This document shows, in pieces, positions 16,643 through 27,608 of a stretch of 64,000 nt of DNA; position 1 is the first letter of the stretch, and each line of letters begins with the position of its first letter. The translations under genes were made by a program, and so were the position numbers. The notes under the pieces are model-generated. The model was not told the origin of the DNA and searched no databases. It worked only from the letters and a program-made list of their open reading frames with translations. This stretch comes from Flavobacteriales bacterium (lineage in GTDB: Bacteria; Bacteroidota; Bacteroidia; Flavobacteriales_D; Sanyastnellaceae): NCBI GenBank assembly GCA_028823145.1, contig JAPKCA010000001.1, positions 240-64,239 of the forward strand, written 5' to 3'.

Positions 16643-17554
16643 TTAGCCCGGATTAAACGCCATCAATGCCTTCATTGCAGGGAGTATGTTTCCCAAGGCT
16701 ATTTGATCAGCTGCATAGCGATGCAACGCGGCTTCTAAACCCACCCCATCTCCTTCAAACTCCATAAATAAATCTGAAAGCTCCAAGAGTTTATAGTCAT
16801 TGACTTCCGTTTCATCAGGCATTTCCGACAAGGCCCCCAATTGACCCAAGTCATTCCCCGTCAAAATCCGGCTTTCTCTCACCTCAATAGGAAGAGAATC
16901 TACACCAACTCCTGGTGCAGCCAACGGTTTAGGCAAATCAAACAAGGCCGCGCCTGATGCTCGAACATACGTACTCCCACCACAACGTCCGACCAAATCG
17001 AGTCGTTGAGGATCGGGATGGCCTTTTTCATTCAACACATCGCTTCGGAAATGCATCCGCAAAACCTCACAAATGACAAGCTGTCCCGCCCCTCCTGTTT
17101 CACCTAAAGAATCCACTCGAAGCACTTTGCATTCCAATTGAACCGGGCTTTCTGCAACACGGTTGGGCCGAACCACTTCAGAAGCCAACGGCGTCAGGCC
17201 TGATTTCTCAAATTCATTCACCCCTCGGTCAAAATCAGAACTCGCAAGCGAGCACTGATGTACCATGGCGAAATCTACCAAATTGATGACCACCTCAGGG
17301 ACCATCAATACGTTATCCAAAGTGTGTTTGGTGGTGTTGTTGCGCAACCTACGTGCAGGACTAAAAATCACAATCGGCGGTTGAGCCGAAAAAACATTGA
17401 AGTAACTAAATGGTGCCAAATTTGGGATGCCCTGGTCATCGATGGTGCTTGCAAAAGCAATGGGGCGTGGTGCAATTCCGCCGAGTAGCTTGGCATGCAA
17501 ATCACCGGGTGCGAGTGCAAGAGGATCGAACGAAGCGAATTGGCGGTCACCCAT
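16643..17554 (-). CDS. Flavin reductase-like (FMN-binding split-barrel) protein with a C-terminal extension
   Basis: GGIAPRPIAFASTIDDQGIPNLAPFSYFNVFS is typical of the flavin reductase-like domain. An extra C-terminal ~100 aa is unassigned. Confidence 0.7.
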   Translation of the reverse strand: MGDRQFASFDPLALAPGDLHAKLLGGIAPRPIAFASTIDDQGIPNLAPFSYFNVFSAQPPIVIFSPARRLRNNTTKHTLDNVLMVPEVVINLVDFAMVHQCSLASSDFDRGVNEFEKSGLTPLASEVVRPNRVAESPVQLECKVLRVDSLGETGGAGQLVICEVLRMHFRSDVLNEKGHPDPQRLDLVGRCGGSTYVRASGAALFDLPKPLAAPGVGVDSLPIEVRESRILTGNDLGQLGALSEMPDETEVNDYKLLELSDLFMEFEGDGVGLEAALHRYAADQIALGNILPAMKALMAFNPG

Positions 17555-17556
17555 AT

Positions 17557-18072
17557 TTAAGTTTTTTGGCGATGGTTTTCTACCTGAGAAATGGCCGCCT
17601 CTACTTTCGTCTTGAGGTTTTCTTTGAATTGACTGATTCTTCCCAACAAAGCCAAATCACCAACGGCTACAATTTGGGCCGCCAAGATTCCCGCATTGCG
17701 GCCACCATCCAATGCAACGGTTGCCACAGGCACACCCGAAGGCATTTGCAAAATGCTCAACACGGAATCCCATCCATCGATGGAATTGCTGCTTTTAATG
17801 GGCACGCCAATGACCGGAAGAGGAGTCAACGACGCGGTCATGCCCGGCAAATGAGCTGCGCCTCCTGCGCCGGCAACGATGACTTGAATGCCACGGCCAA
17901 CCGCTTCTTGGGCATGCTGGAACATGCGCTCTGGAGTTCTGTGGGCGGAAACCACCGTCATTTCATAGGATACGTCCAATTCTTGGAGTACCGATGCGGC
18001 CTGCTCCATGATCGGCAAATCACTGGAGGAGCCCATAATGATACTTACTCGGGGAGATGGATTGGCATGCAT
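17557..18072 (-). CDS. purE: N5-carboxyaminoimidazole ribonucleotide mutase
   Basis: IIMGSSSDLPIM and AGGAAHLPGM motifs; 171 aa. Confidence 0.9.
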   Translation of the reverse strand: MHANPSPRVSIIMGSSSDLPIMEQAASVLQELDVSYEMTVVSAHRTPERMFQHAQEAVGRGIQVIVAGAGGAAHLPGMTASLTPLPVIGVPIKSSNSIDGWDSVLSILQMPSGVPVATVALDGGRNAGILAAQIVAVGDLALLGRISQFKENLKTKVEAAISQVENHRQKT

Positions 18073-18091
18073 AGTGACTTGGGCTTTCTAG

Positions 18092-18673
18092 TTAGGCTTT
18101 TTTTTGACGATCAATCTCGTCTCGAATTTGCGAGGCTTGTTCGTAATCTTCACGAGCAATAGCTTTCTTCAGGGCAGCATTCAACTCTTTCATGGAGCGC
18201 AATTTGGGCTTGGGCTCCACCTTCTCTACTGGAGCTTCAAAAGGATCCTCCTCTGTCTCCAAATCTTCCCCTCGAATGCCCGCTGCAGCGAGAACAGATT
18301 CATAACAAAAAATCGGACAACGAAAACGATAAGCCAAAGCCACAGCATCACTAGGCCGGCAATCAATCTCCTCCTCCTTCACCCCATCAGTGCATACCAA
18401 TTTCGCATAGAAAATACCCTCGACCATGTTGTAAATCAGCACTTCTTTGACGCGTATATCAAACGAAGCAAAAGCCGTTTTAAACAAATCATGCGTCAGG
18501 GGCCTGGACGCTTTCATTTTTTCCATTTCAATGGCAATCGCTTGCGCTTCAGCACCGCCAATTACAATGGGAAGTTTCCTGTTTCCTGAAACTTCGCCAA
18601 GCACCATAGCATATGCTCCTGAGGATGATCCACTCAGGGCAATGTCCGTAATTTCCATTTCTACCTTCTTCAT
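18092..18673 (-). CDS. Bifunctional nuclease family protein (DUF151) with a C-terminal UVR motif
   Basis: VIGGAEAQAIAIEM...RPLTHDL core, with the C-terminal helix ALKKAIAREDYEQASQIRDEI (UvrB/C-type). Confidence 0.75.
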   Translation of the reverse strand: MKKVEMEITDIALSGSSSGAYAMVLGEVSGNRKLPIVIGGAEAQAIAIEMEKMKASRPLTHDLFKTAFASFDIRVKEVLIYNMVEGIFYAKLVCTDGVKEEEIDCRPSDAVALAYRFRCPIFCYESVLAAAGIRGEDLETEEDPFEAPVEKVEPKPKLRSMKELNAALKKAIAREDYEQASQIRDEIDRQKKA

Positions 18674-18723
18674 CTACGAGAATCGTATCTGCGCGAAGTT
18701 AAGGAGTCCAGCGGTTATCTGGT

Positions 18724-19668
18724 TTATGAATTCAATGCGCGAACTGCCGCCGTAAGGCGAGGGAGTACTTCAAAAGCATCGCCTACAATCCCGTAATCAG
18801 CCGCTTTAAAAAATGGTGCCTCCGGGTCGGTATTGATCACGACAATAACTTTCGATTGATTGACACCTGCTAAATGTTGAATCGCGCCCGAAATGCCTGC
18901 AGCAATGTACAAATTGGGACGGATGGTAATGCCCGTTTGACCAACGTGCTCATGGTGAGGACGCCAACCGATGTCCGAAACAGGGCGAGAGCAAGCGGTC
19001 GTTGCACCTAAGGCTTGAGCCAAATCTTCAACAATCCCCCAATTCTCAGGTCCTTTTAAACCTCTCCCGGCGCTCACCACCAAATCTGCTTCTGGCAGTG
19101 GAACTTGCCCGTCTTCACTGGCAGCATGGAACGATACGACCTGTTCACGAACAGCACCCACTTCGGCATCAAAAGATTCCGTTGTGGCAACGCCGCCATC
19201 AGAAGCAATTCCGAAAGCATTCGGAGTCACTGAATAAACAGCTTTGGCTTGTTTTACTGCTACGTCAGCCATGGCTTTACCAGAGAATACGTTTTTACGA
19301 ACCAAACCAGATTTGGGCAAAGCGGTTACACCGCTGACCATACCTGCCCCGATTCGCACGGCCATCCGAGGACCAACAGCCCGACCGAAGTGATCATGTG
19401 AAATCACCGTGGCATCGGCTCCAATTTCCAAACCGGCAGCAGCACCGAGCTTGGCCCATTGGCTGCTATCTGTGATTCCCCCTGCATGCACCAAAACCCG
19501 TTGAACACCGGTTGCACCGAGTCCGCCATCTCCATCAATGGATCCAGAGATCAACGCAACGGCATCAGTGCCCAACGATTTCGCATACGCAGCGGCATAT
19601 GACGCCGCTTCCAACCCTCCCTTGGTAGGTTGACCATTTTTAAGGGAAACAATTGCTAATACCGACAT
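18724..19668 (-). CDS. etfA: Electron transfer flavoprotein alpha subunit
   Basis: The C-terminal FAD-binding region reads RPNLYIAAGISGAIQHLAG...VINTDPEAPFF. ATG 19668 (MSVLAIV) is preferred over TTG 19674 and lies 2 nt after the etfB stop. Confidence 0.9.
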   Translation of the reverse strand: MSVLAIVSLKNGQPTKGGLEAASYAAAYAKSLGTDAVALISGSIDGDGGLGATGVQRVLVHAGGITDSSQWAKLGAAAGLEIGADATVISHDHFGRAVGPRMAVRIGAGMVSGVTALPKSGLVRKNVFSGKAMADVAVKQAKAVYSVTPNAFGIASDGGVATTESFDAEVGAVREQVVSFHAASEDGQVPLPEADLVVSAGRGLKGPENWGIVEDLAQALGATTACSRPVSDIGWRPHHEHVGQTGITIRPNLYIAAGISGAIQHLAGVNQSKVIVVINTDPEAPFFKAADYGIVGDAFEVLPRLTAAVRALNS

Positions 19669-19670
19669 GA

Positions 19671-20408
19671 TCAAATGACTTTGGCTTCTTCACGAAGCAA
19701 ACGAATGAGTTCCTCCGCTTGTTCAGCGGGGATTATTTTGCAAGCTCCTTTGGGTGGAGGAAGGGTGAATTCCTGCACTTCCGTAGCCGGTTCTGCCTGC
19801 CCACTCTCCACGAGTAAGGGTTTGGATCGAGCTGACATGATGCCCCGCATGTTGGGGATTCGTTGCTCTGCCATGCCCTTTGCTGCACTCAATACCAATG
19901 GCAAAGAAACTTCAACCGATTCCGTGCCACCCGCAGACTCCCTTTGCACACTAGCAACACGGCCATTCACCTCCAACTTGCTGGCCAATGCGATAAACGG
20001 CCAATCCATCATTTCTGCAACCATAGCAGGAACAATCGAGCCATTGTGATCGATGGTCTCTTTCCCACACAAAATCAAATCAAACCCCTTGTCCGTGGCA
20101 TAGCCCGCAATCAAACTTGCCACTTGCATCGCATCCGTTGGGTCGACGTCCAAGCGCACAGCATCATCTGCACCAATGGCCAACGCCTTTCGAATAACTG
20201 GATCACACGCAGCAGAACCCACCGTCACTGTGGTAACAGACCCCCCGAGGGATTCTTTCAACTCAATACCTCGAACCAATGCATACCATTCGTCATACGG
20301 ATTCACGATATACTGGACACCCGATGATTCGAAAACCTTACCACCCTCTGTGAAAGCGATGCGGCTTGTCGTATCCGGAGCTTGACTAACGCAAACTAGA
20401 ATTTTCAT
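19671..20408 (-). CDS. etfB: Electron transfer flavoprotein beta subunit
   Basis: Starts MKILVCVSQAPDTTSRI, with the typical EtfB layout, immediately upstream of etfA. Confidence 0.9.
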   Translation of the reverse strand: MKILVCVSQAPDTTSRIAFTEGGKVFESSGVQYIVNPYDEWYALVRGIELKESLGGSVTTVTVGSAACDPVIRKALAIGADDAVRLDVDPTDAMQVASLIAGYATDKGFDLILCGKETIDHNGSIVPAMVAEMMDWPFIALASKLEVNGRVASVQRESAGGTESVEVSLPLVLSAAKGMAEQRIPNMRGIMSARSKPLLVESGQAEPATEVQEFTLPPPKGACKIIPAEQAEELIRLLREEAKVI

Positions 20409-20423
20409 ACCTGGAATTTGTCT

Positions 20424-20431
20424 CAAAGGTA
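20424..20431 (-). promoter_or_regulatory. Candidate Bacteroidota -7 promoter element for etfBA
   Basis: The minus strand reads TACCTTTG (TAnnTTTG) 16 nt upstream of the etfB ATG. I found no well-spaced -33 TTG. Confidence 0.3.
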
Positions 20432-20516
20432 ACACCTCTCAGGCCAAAAATTGCGGACATTAACTATGCATGCATAGGTTTTTTTCATGCTTTTTTTTTC
20501 ATTCATTTTCCTGTTT

Positions 20517-20545
20517 TTGTTCCATTTCCAGTTGACATATCTTTG
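20517..20545 (+). promoter_or_regulatory. Candidate Bacteroidota sigma-A promoter for pdhB (-33 TTG / -7 TAnnTTTG)
   Basis: TTG at 20517-20519, an 18-nt spacer, then TATCTTTG at 20538-20545, 17 nt upstream of ATG 20563. Confidence 0.45.
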
Positions 20546-20562
20546 CCGACCTATTGTAATAG

Positions 20563-21552
20563 ATGGAATTCATGCGTGAAGTACAATTTAGAGAAGCTGT
20601 TCGTGAGGCGATGAGTGAGGAAATGCGTCGCGACGAACGAGTTTTCTTGATGGGGGAAGAGGTTGCTGAATACAATGGAGCTTACAAAGCGTCAAAGGGC
20701 ATGCTCGATGAGTTTGGTCCTGAACGCGTGATTGACACACCCATTGCCGAACTTGGTTTTACAGGAATTGCGGTTGGAGCAGCGATGAATGGATTGCGCC
20801 CCATCGTCGAATTCATGACGTGGAACTTTGCGATTCTGGCCGCAGATCAAATCATCAACCACGCTGCGAAAATGTTGCAGATGAGTGGAGGACAATACCA
20901 TGTACCAATCGTCTTACGAGGCCCCAACGGGACCGCTGGTCAATTGGGCGCCACGCACAGTCAATCGTTTGAATCCATGTACGCTTCGATTCCCGGATTG
21001 AAAGTCGTCACTCCTTTCACTCCTTATGAGGCGAAAGGCTTATTGAAGTCCGCTATCCGAGATCAAGATCCTGTTTTGATTATGGAAAGCGAGCAAATGT
21101 ATGGGGATAAGGGCTTGATTCCAGATGGCGAATTCCTGGTACCTATTGGGAAGGCCAATATTCGAAGAACAGGGGATGCTTGCACCATTGTCTCCTTTGG
21201 AAAGATTTTAAAGACCGTTCATGCTGCAGCCGATGAATTGGAAAAAGAGGGCATTGAAGTTGAAATCATTGACTTGGTCACGATTCGTCCTCTAGACTTG
21301 GACACCATCATCGAAAGCGTCAAGAAAACCAATCGGTTGATCATCGTTGAAGAGAGTTTCCCCGTTGCAAGCATCAGCAGTGAAGTAGCTTACCGCGTTC
21401 AACGCAACGCGTTCGACCACTTGGACGCTCCCATTGTTCGCTTGTGCCAATCCGATACCCCATTTGCTTTTTCTCCTCCGCTCATCGAAGAGGCCCTTCC
21501 ACAAGTCAAAGACATCATGGAAGCCGTGAAAAGCGTTGCCTACGTGGCATAA
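20563..21552 (+). CDS. pdhB: Pyruvate / 2-oxoacid dehydrogenase E1 component beta subunit
   Basis: FLMGEEVAEYNGAYKASKGMLDEFGPERVIDTPIAELGFTGIAVGAAMNGLRPIVEFMT is the canonical E1-beta N-terminus. The alpha subunit is not adjacent. Confidence 0.85.
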   Translation: MEFMREVQFREAVREAMSEEMRRDERVFLMGEEVAEYNGAYKASKGMLDEFGPERVIDTPIAELGFTGIAVGAAMNGLRPIVEFMTWNFAILAADQIINHAAKMLQMSGGQYHVPIVLRGPNGTAGQLGATHSQSFESMYASIPGLKVVTPFTPYEAKGLLKSAIRDQDPVLIMESEQMYGDKGLIPDGEFLVPIGKANIRRTGDACTIVSFGKILKTVHAAADELEKEGIEVEIIDLVTIRPLDLDTIIESVKKTNRLIIVEESFPVASISSEVAYRVQRNAFDHLDAPIVRLCQSDTPFAFSPPLIEEALPQVKDIMEAVKSVAYVA

Positions 21553-21605
21553 CCCCAATATTAAAATTGTAACCGCATCCCTCCGGATGCCAATAGATCA
21601 TCATC

Positions 21606-23861
21606 ATGGATCAAAACCTGCTATACTTCGTCCCAGTTATCGCCATTTTAGGCTTAGTGGTTATGGCATTCCAAGCCGCTTGGGTGCGCAAACAAGATGC
21701 CGGCGAAGCCCGAATGGCTGAAATTGCCAAACACATCCACGAAGGAGCCCTCGCGTTCCTCAAAGCTGAATACCGCATCCTCGCGATTTTCGTTGTCGTT
21801 GCCGCCGCGTTGCTTGGTGTGGTTTCCTACTTCGTAGAAACCACAGAAGTCTACATTGTCGGCGCCTTTGTGATTGGCGCCATTTTTTCAGCCTTGGCGG
21901 GAAATATTGGAATGCGTATTGCAACGCAAGCCAATGTTCGTACGACACAAGCCGCTCGTACCGGAATCGCTCACGCATTGAAAGTGTCCTTCACTGGAGG
22001 CACTGTCATGGGTTTGGGTGTTGCTGGATTAGCCGTGTTTGGACTCAGCATGTTGTTCATCATTCTTTTCCAAATCTCCAGCGGTGGAGAATGGGAAAGC
22101 GTACATGCCATGACCATCGTCTTGGAATCCTTGGCCGGCTTCTCGCTCGGTGCTGAATCCATTGCCTTGTTTGCACGTGTTGGTGGAGGTATCTACACCA
22201 AAGCTGCGGACGTAGGGGCTGACCTTGTGGGAAAAGTAGAAGCAGGCATTCCCGAGGATGACCCTCGGAATCCAGCGACCATTGCAGACAATGTCGGTGA
22301 CAATGTCGGTGACGTCGCTGGCATGGGCGCAGACTTATTTGGCTCGTATGTAGCGACAGTCCTTGCGGCCATGGTTCTCGGGAATTATGTCATCAATGAT
22401 ATGGGCGGGTCGATCGTTGGCCAGGATGAGTTTGGTGGCATGTCCCCCATTCTTCTTCCTTTGATCATTTCCGCTTTGGGCATTGTTTTTTCCATCCTCG
22501 GAACATTTTTTATTCGGGTGAAGGATGGTGCCAGAGAGGCCGAAGTTCAACGCGCGTTGAACATGGGAAACTGGAGCAGCATCATCATGACCGCTGTTGC
22601 GTGCTACTTCTTGATTGATTGGATGTTGCCAGAACAATTGTCCATGACGTTTTTCGGCGAAGCAGATCGCACATTCGGTTCGATCAATGTATTCTATGCC
22701 GTTTTGGTTGGACTCACCGTTGGAGCTGCCATCAGTTACATGACGGAGTATTACACAGGATTGGGCAAGAAGCCCGTCATGGATATCGTACAAAAATCTT
22801 CCACTGGAGCAGGGACCAACATCATTGCTGGTTTGGCAACGGGAATGATTTCAACCTTCGGACCCATTTTGGTATTTGCTGCTGCCATTTATACAGCGTA
22901 TGAATTCGCTGGATTTTACGGTGTCGCAATCGCCGCTTGTGCTATGATGGCCACCACTGCTATGCAACTTGCCATTGATGCATTCGGTCCGATTGCGGAC
23001 AACGCAGGAGGCATTGCAGAAATGAGTGAATTGCCGGATGAAGTGCGTGAACGCACCGACATCTTGGACTCCGTTGGAAACACAACTGCTGCCATTGGAA
23101 AAGGCTTTGCTATTGCGTCTGCTGCATTGACAGCTTTGGCATTATTTGCTGCTTTCGTTGAGTTTACGGACATCGATGGAATCAACATCTTCAAGGCGAA
23201 CGTTTTGGCCACCCTATTTATAGGTGCCATGATTCCTGTAGTCTTCTCGGCATTGGCGATGAATTCAGTCGGAAAAGCCGCTATGGAAATGGTGAAAGAA
23301 GTTCGCCGCCAGTTCAAGGAAATTCCTGGAATCATGGAGGGTACAGGGAAACCAGAGTACAGCAAATGTGTGGACATATCCACCCAAGCCGCACTGCGGG
23401 AAATGATGTTGCCTGGAGCGTTGACCATTATCGCTCCACTTGCCATTGGCTTGCTGCCTTTGGCCTTCGGAATGGATGGCAAATGGGCCGCTGAGACACT
23501 GGGTGGCTACATGGCTGGCGTGACCGTCAGTGGAGTCTTGTGGGCCATTTTCCAAAACAATGCCGGTGGTGCATGGGATAACGCAAAGAAGTCATTCGAA
23601 GCGGGCGTGGAGATTGACGGCGAAATGACCTACAAAGGTTCAGAAGCTCACAAAGCAGCTGTAACCGGCGATACTGTTGGAGATCCATTCAAGGACACCT
23701 CAGGTCCTTCCATGAACATCCTGATCAAGTTGACTTGCTTGGTCGGTTTGGTGATTGCTCCCATCCTTCATGGATTCAATGCACCAGAAAGTCATTCAGA
23801 CGCAACAATCGAGACACCTTCAAGTGAGGTCATCGTTGCCGAGGCGGTACCTGCTGAATGA
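21606..23861 (+). CDS. hppA: Membrane-bound ion-translocating pyrophosphatase
   Basis: [28 protein letters not shown], and about 16 TM segments. Confidence 0.9.
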   Translation: MDQNLLYFVPVIAILGLVVMAFQAAWVRKQDAGEARMAEIAKHIHEGALAFLKAEYRILAIFVVVAAALLGVVSYFVETTEVYIVGAFVIGAIFSALAGNIGMRIATQANVRTTQAARTGIAHALKVSFTGGTVMGLGVAGLAVFGLSMLFIILFQISSGGEWESVHAMTIVLESLAGFSLGAESIALFARVGGGIYTKAADVGADLVGKVEAGIPEDDPRNPATIADNVGDNVGDVAGMGADLFGSYVATVLAAMVLGNYVINDMGGSIVGQDEFGGMSPILLPLIISALGIVFSILGTFFIRVKDGAREAEVQRALNMGNWSSIIMTAVACYFLIDWMLPEQLSMTFFGEADRTFGSINVFYAVLVGLTVGAAISYMTEYYTGLGKKPVMDIVQKSSTGAGTNIIAGLATGMISTFGPILVFAAAIYTAYEFAGFYGVAIAACAMMATTAMQLAIDAFGPIADNAGGIAEMSELPDEVRERTDILDSVGNTTAAIGKGFAIASAALTALALFAAFVEFTDIDGINIFKANVLATLFIGAMIPVVFSALAMNSVGKAAMEMVKEVRRQFKEIPGIMEGTGKPEYSKCVDISTQAALREMMLPGALTIIAPLAIGLLPLAFGMDGKWAAETLGGYMAGVTVSGVLWAIFQNNAGGAWDNAKKSFEAGVEIDGEMTYKGSEAHKAAVTGDTVGDPFKDTSGPSMNILIKLTCLVGLVIAPILHGFNAPESHSDATIETPSSEVIVAEAVPAE

Positions 23862-23880
23862 GTTGAGCAATGATCAAAAG

Positions 23881-23910
23881 AAAAGCGGGCCTTGCGGCCC
23901 GCTTTTTTTA
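23881..23910. terminator. Bidirectional rho-independent terminator
   Basis: aaaa-gcgggcc-ttgc-ggcccgc-ttttttta, between the convergent hppA and the deoxynucleoside kinase gene. Confidence 0.8.
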
Positions 23911-23962
23911 TATCCTAAAATTCGTCACTCGCAGCCATCAAAGCGATGGAGATTGAAGGAGA

Positions 23963-24580
23963 TTAGACAAACAATCCGTGGAGCTCGGCATCCACTCCCT
24001 CAATCACCGCTCCCAAATCTTGTTTGCTCTCATTGAAGTGATTGCTATCCACATCGATGATCAGCAGCTTGCCGTGTGAGTAGGTGCTGACCCAAGCTTC
24101 GTACCGTTCATTGAGCCGATTCAAATAGTCCAATCGGATGGCTTCTTCGTAATCCCGTCCACGCTTTTGGATATTTTCTACCAAACGAGGGACAGAAGCA
24201 CGTAGATAAATCATCAAGTCTGGAGGGGAAATGAAGCGCTCCATCAAAGCGAACAGGTCCTGGTAATTCTCGAAATCACGGGTGCTCATGAGACCCATGG
24301 CATGCAAATTCGGAGCGAAAATGTGAGCATCCTCATAAATCGTCCGATCCTGGATGACCTTCTTCTTGCTTTCTTGTAATTCCGCTAACTGGGCAAAGCG
24401 TGAGCGGAGAAAAAACACCTGCAGGTTGAACGACCATCGTTGCATATCCTTATAAAAGTCATTCAAGTAAGGATTGTCATCTACTTGCTCAAAATGAGGA
24501 GTATAGCGGTAATGCTTGGCGAGCAAAGTGGTCAAGGTGGTTTTTCCCGAACCGATGTTTCCGGCGATGGCTACATGCAT
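23963..24580 (-). CDS. Deoxynucleoside kinase
   Basis: P-loop IAGNIGSGKTTL, and FEQVDDNPYL...F...QV.FL..R typical of dNK/dGK family proteins. The start MHVAIAG (24580) is preferred; 24622 is also possible. Confidence 0.8.
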   Translation of the reverse strand: MHVAIAGNIGSGKTTLTTLLAKHYRYTPHFEQVDDNPYLNDFYKDMQRWSFNLQVFFLRSRFAQLAELQESKKKVIQDRTIYEDAHIFAPNLHAMGLMSTRDFENYQDLFALMERFISPPDLMIYLRASVPRLVENIQKRGRDYEEAIRLDYLNRLNERYEAWVSTYSHGKLLIIDVDSNHFNESKQDLGAVIEGVDAELHGLFV

Positions 24581-24701
24581 AATCTTGGTATCCGTTGAGC
24601 GTGCAAAATAGGGCGTTTCCAAGCGCTATAAAAATAGGGTTTTCCACACCCACCTAACATGCAGTAAACCATCAAATGTGAATGGCTTGGTACAGCAACA
24701 T

Positions 24702-26273
24702 TCATTTCGATGGTTCATCGAGAACTTCCTGATGAAGCAATTGGGAACGCTCAATCCATTGCTTGGCCAATAGCACCTCCTTTAACATGTTTCGATCACC
24801 CGAAAGACGCAGCACCTTGTGTTGGCCACCCCACTTGCCTTTGCTCTTTAACCATTGATCAAATGTTCCCACAGGAACGGCTTGCACCACGGGATATTCC
24901 ATGGCCAAATTTCCTGTGCGCTTGACAGCATAGTCTGAGTTTTGCCTTTGAAGAGAAGCGTCAAGGCATTCAACGAACAAATCCAACCCCCCTTGTGGTG
25001 GTTGTGCAAATTCAATCAACCACTCATGCCCTCCTGTTCGCTCTGCGCTCATGAAAACAGGGGCAGCCGTGTAATCTCTCACCGAAGCGCCTGAAAGGGC
25101 ACTTGCTTCAGCCACCGCTCTTTCGGCTTGATGCACCATCAATTCTTCTCCAAAAGCGTTGATGCACGAATGAACGCGACCAGAGACTTGCATGCGGAAT
25201 GGGTGGAGGCCTGTTACCCGAATAACATCACCTAGTGCATATCTCCACAGCCCAGCATTTGTGGAAATGACCAACGCATACTCAACGCCAATTTCCAATT
25301 CACGCAATTCCAAAGCGATGGGGCTTTCACTCTTCCATTCGGACATCGGTACAAATTCAAAATAGATGCCATAATCCAGCATCATGAGCAAATCATCCTC
25401 ATCCAAACGGTCTTGCATCCCAAAAAGCCCTTCCGATGCATTGTGGCTCTCTAGAAAATCCACCGGATGTTTGGTTGCACCAATCAACGACTCAAATTCA
25501 TTCCGGTAAGGAGTAAAGCTCACACCACCGTGCATGAACAATTGCAGATTCGGCCAAACTTCACTCAATGAATCTGCTCCTGAATGCTCCAGCACTCTTT
25601 TGACAATGACGAGCATCCAACTCGGTATGCCCGTTAAAATCCGAACATCCTCTTTCATGGTCGCTCGGGCCATGGCATCGACTTTCTTTTCCCAATCCGG
25701 CATCAAAGCAATTCTGCGATTTGGTGTGCGCCGACTCTCGACCCAAAACGGCAAATTCCGAACCAAAATAGCACTCAAATCTCCTGTGTATGAACCCTTC
25801 CTCGTCCCTTCCAACGCCGATGACCCTCCCAGCACCAAGTGTTTGCCATCATAGAGTTCCGCCGCTGGCCTTTGATTGCAGTACAATGCCAACAAGTCTT
25901 TCCCCGCCTTGAAATGGCAGGTTTTTAATGCATCCTTTGTAATTGGAAGAAATTTGCTGCGTTCTGCTGTGGTCCCTGAACTTTTCGCAAACCATTGGGT
26001 TTTTCCAGGCCAAAGAACATCCGACTCACCTGCTCGAGATCGATCAATCCAAGGTTTGATGTCGTCGTATGTGCGAATGGGAACCTGCCGCTGAAAATCA
26101 CGCAAACAGGTAATCTCACCGAAATGATGTTCCACCCCAAATTCCGTTTGGCGACCATGTGCAATCAAATGGGAAAACACCGAACGCTGCACATCAACTG
26201 GCATGGATCGAACCATTTCAATATTGTACATGCGCTGGCGAATAAACCAACTAAATGCAGAATTCAAAGCCAT
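24702..26273 (-). CDS. GH3 auxin-responsive-promoter family protein (adenylating acyl-acid amido synthetase fold)
   Basis: The N-terminus and length (~520 aa) match the Bacteroidota GH3-family proteins. It has FAKSSGTT (AMP-forming motif-like) and YRYALGDVIRV. Confidence 0.7.
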   Translation of the reverse strand: MALNSAFSWFIRQRMYNIEMVRSMPVDVQRSVFSHLIAHGRQTEFGVEHHFGEITCLRDFQRQVPIRTYDDIKPWIDRSRAGESDVLWPGKTQWFAKSSGTTAERSKFLPITKDALKTCHFKAGKDLLALYCNQRPAAELYDGKHLVLGGSSALEGTRKGSYTGDLSAILVRNLPFWVESRRTPNRRIALMPDWEKKVDAMARATMKEDVRILTGIPSWMLVIVKRVLEHSGADSLSEVWPNLQLFMHGGVSFTPYRNEFESLIGATKHPVDFLESHNASEGLFGMQDRLDEDDLLMMLDYGIYFEFVPMSEWKSESPIALELRELEIGVEYALVISTNAGLWRYALGDVIRVTGLHPFRMQVSGRVHSCINAFGEELMVHQAERAVAEASALSGASVRDYTAAPVFMSAERTGGHEWLIEFAQPPQGGLDLFVECLDASLQRQNSDYAVKRTGNLAMEYPVVQAVPVGTFDQWLKSKGKWGGQHKVLRLSGDRNMLKEVLLAKQWIERSQLLHQEVLDEPSK

Positions 26274-26340
26274 AAATCAGGATTGAATTTCGAATGTAGC
26301 GAAAGCGCGTGCCAATGCCAATCCGAATTCAGCACTAAAC

Positions 26341-27483
26341 TTATTCTCCCACTGGAGAAAAAACGCGTGCAATCGCTTTCATTGCAAATTCCACATCCGA
26401 ATCCGTGTTGTACCGACCGAATGAAAACCGCAAACTAGCCCGTGAAGAATCATGGTAATCCAAGGCTCTGAGGACATGAGAACCCAATGTAGCTCCACTA
26501 GAACATGCACTGCCTCCAGAACACGCTATGCCCTCTAAATCCAGCAAAAAGAGAGCCATGCCACTTTTCGGATGAGGAGGGAAGGAAACGTTTAATACGG
26601 TGTATAGCCTGCTGGGGTCATCCGAGTTTCCGTTGAAGCGAATATCTGGAAATAGTGCTCGCAATTCCCCCACCATCTTCGCCTTCAGCGCCCGAATATG
26701 CTGTTCGTGCTTTTCCAAATCTCCGTATGCCAAATCCATCGCCCGGGACAAACCAACGATGGAATGAATGTTTTCTGTTCCACCCCTTACAGCACGTTCC
26801 TGACTTCCCCCTTCGATTTGACCTCCCACTTTCAAGCCCTGAGCAATGTATAAAAACCCGATGCCTTTTGGCCCGTGAAACTTATGTGCAGAACACGTAA
26901 TGAAATCGACTGGCAATGACCTAAGATCAAACCGATAATGACACATAGTCTGAACGGTGTCTGTATGAAACAGAGCTTGATTGGCCCGACACAATTGGCC
27001 AATGCGTTCCAAATCCTGGACCACCGCCACCTCGTTATTGGCATGCATCAAGCTCACCAAGGTTTTGGGTCCATTGGCAAGCAATTCCTCGAGGTGGGCG
27101 TAGTCGATGACCCCATCCTCCAAATGACGAACCAATTCCAGTTCGATTCCTGATGTCCGTTGCAGTGATTCCGCTGTCTTGATTACGGCACTATGCTCCG
27201 CAGCAGACGTAATGATTCGTTGGCAACCCAAATCTCGGACCGCAGAACGCAGAGCTAAATTATCGGCTTCAGTGCCACCGGAAGTGAAATAGATGGTCCG
27301 TGGATGACATCCCATATGGCCCGCAATAGAGCGTCTATTTTGCTCAATGATGACCCGTGATTTCCTTCCGATCGAGTGGCTGGATGAGGGATTTCCATAA
27401 TGATCTCGCAACACAGGAATCATCGCCTCCAGCACTTCTGGAGCTACAGCAGTGGTAGCGGCGTTATCGAGATACACGGACAT
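26341..27483 (-). CDS. Cysteine desulfurase (class V aminotransferase, NifS/IscS-like)
   Basis: PLP-lysine motif SAHKFHGPKGIG and catalytic-Cys loop GGSACSSG. Confidence 0.85.
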   Translation of the reverse strand: MSVYLDNAATTAVAPEVLEAMIPVLRDHYGNPSSSHSIGRKSRVIIEQNRRSIAGHMGCHPRTIYFTSGGTEADNLALRSAVRDLGCQRIITSAAEHSAVIKTAESLQRTSGIELELVRHLEDGVIDYAHLEELLANGPKTLVSLMHANNEVAVVQDLERIGQLCRANQALFHTDTVQTMCHYRFDLRSLPVDFITCSAHKFHGPKGIGFLYIAQGLKVGGQIEGGSQERAVRGGTENIHSIVGLSRAMDLAYGDLEKHEQHIRALKAKMVGELRALFPDIRFNGNSDDPSRLYTVLNVSFPPHPKSGMALFLLDLEGIACSGGSACSSGATLGSHVLRALDYHDSSRASLRFSFGRYNTDSDVEFAMKAIARVFSPVGE

Positions 27484-27608
27484 TTCGTGGGGAATTCAGG
27501 ATGACAAAAATGCAACTTTCCTCTTCATCTATGCAACTTGAATCCAAGAATCCCATTCTTCAGCTGAGGTTAATCGGGCTGGAATCCCAGTCAAAACCAA
27601 CTGATGCG

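Noticed and set aside
17410-18162. 250-aa plus-strand ORF spanning the flavin reductase, purE and nuclease genes
   Set aside because: It runs antisense across three well-supported genes and two intergenic gaps, and it has low-complexity Arg/His-rich composition.
22916-23482. 188-aa ORF antisense within hppA
   Set aside because: Shadow ORF of a highly conserved pyrophosphatase gene.
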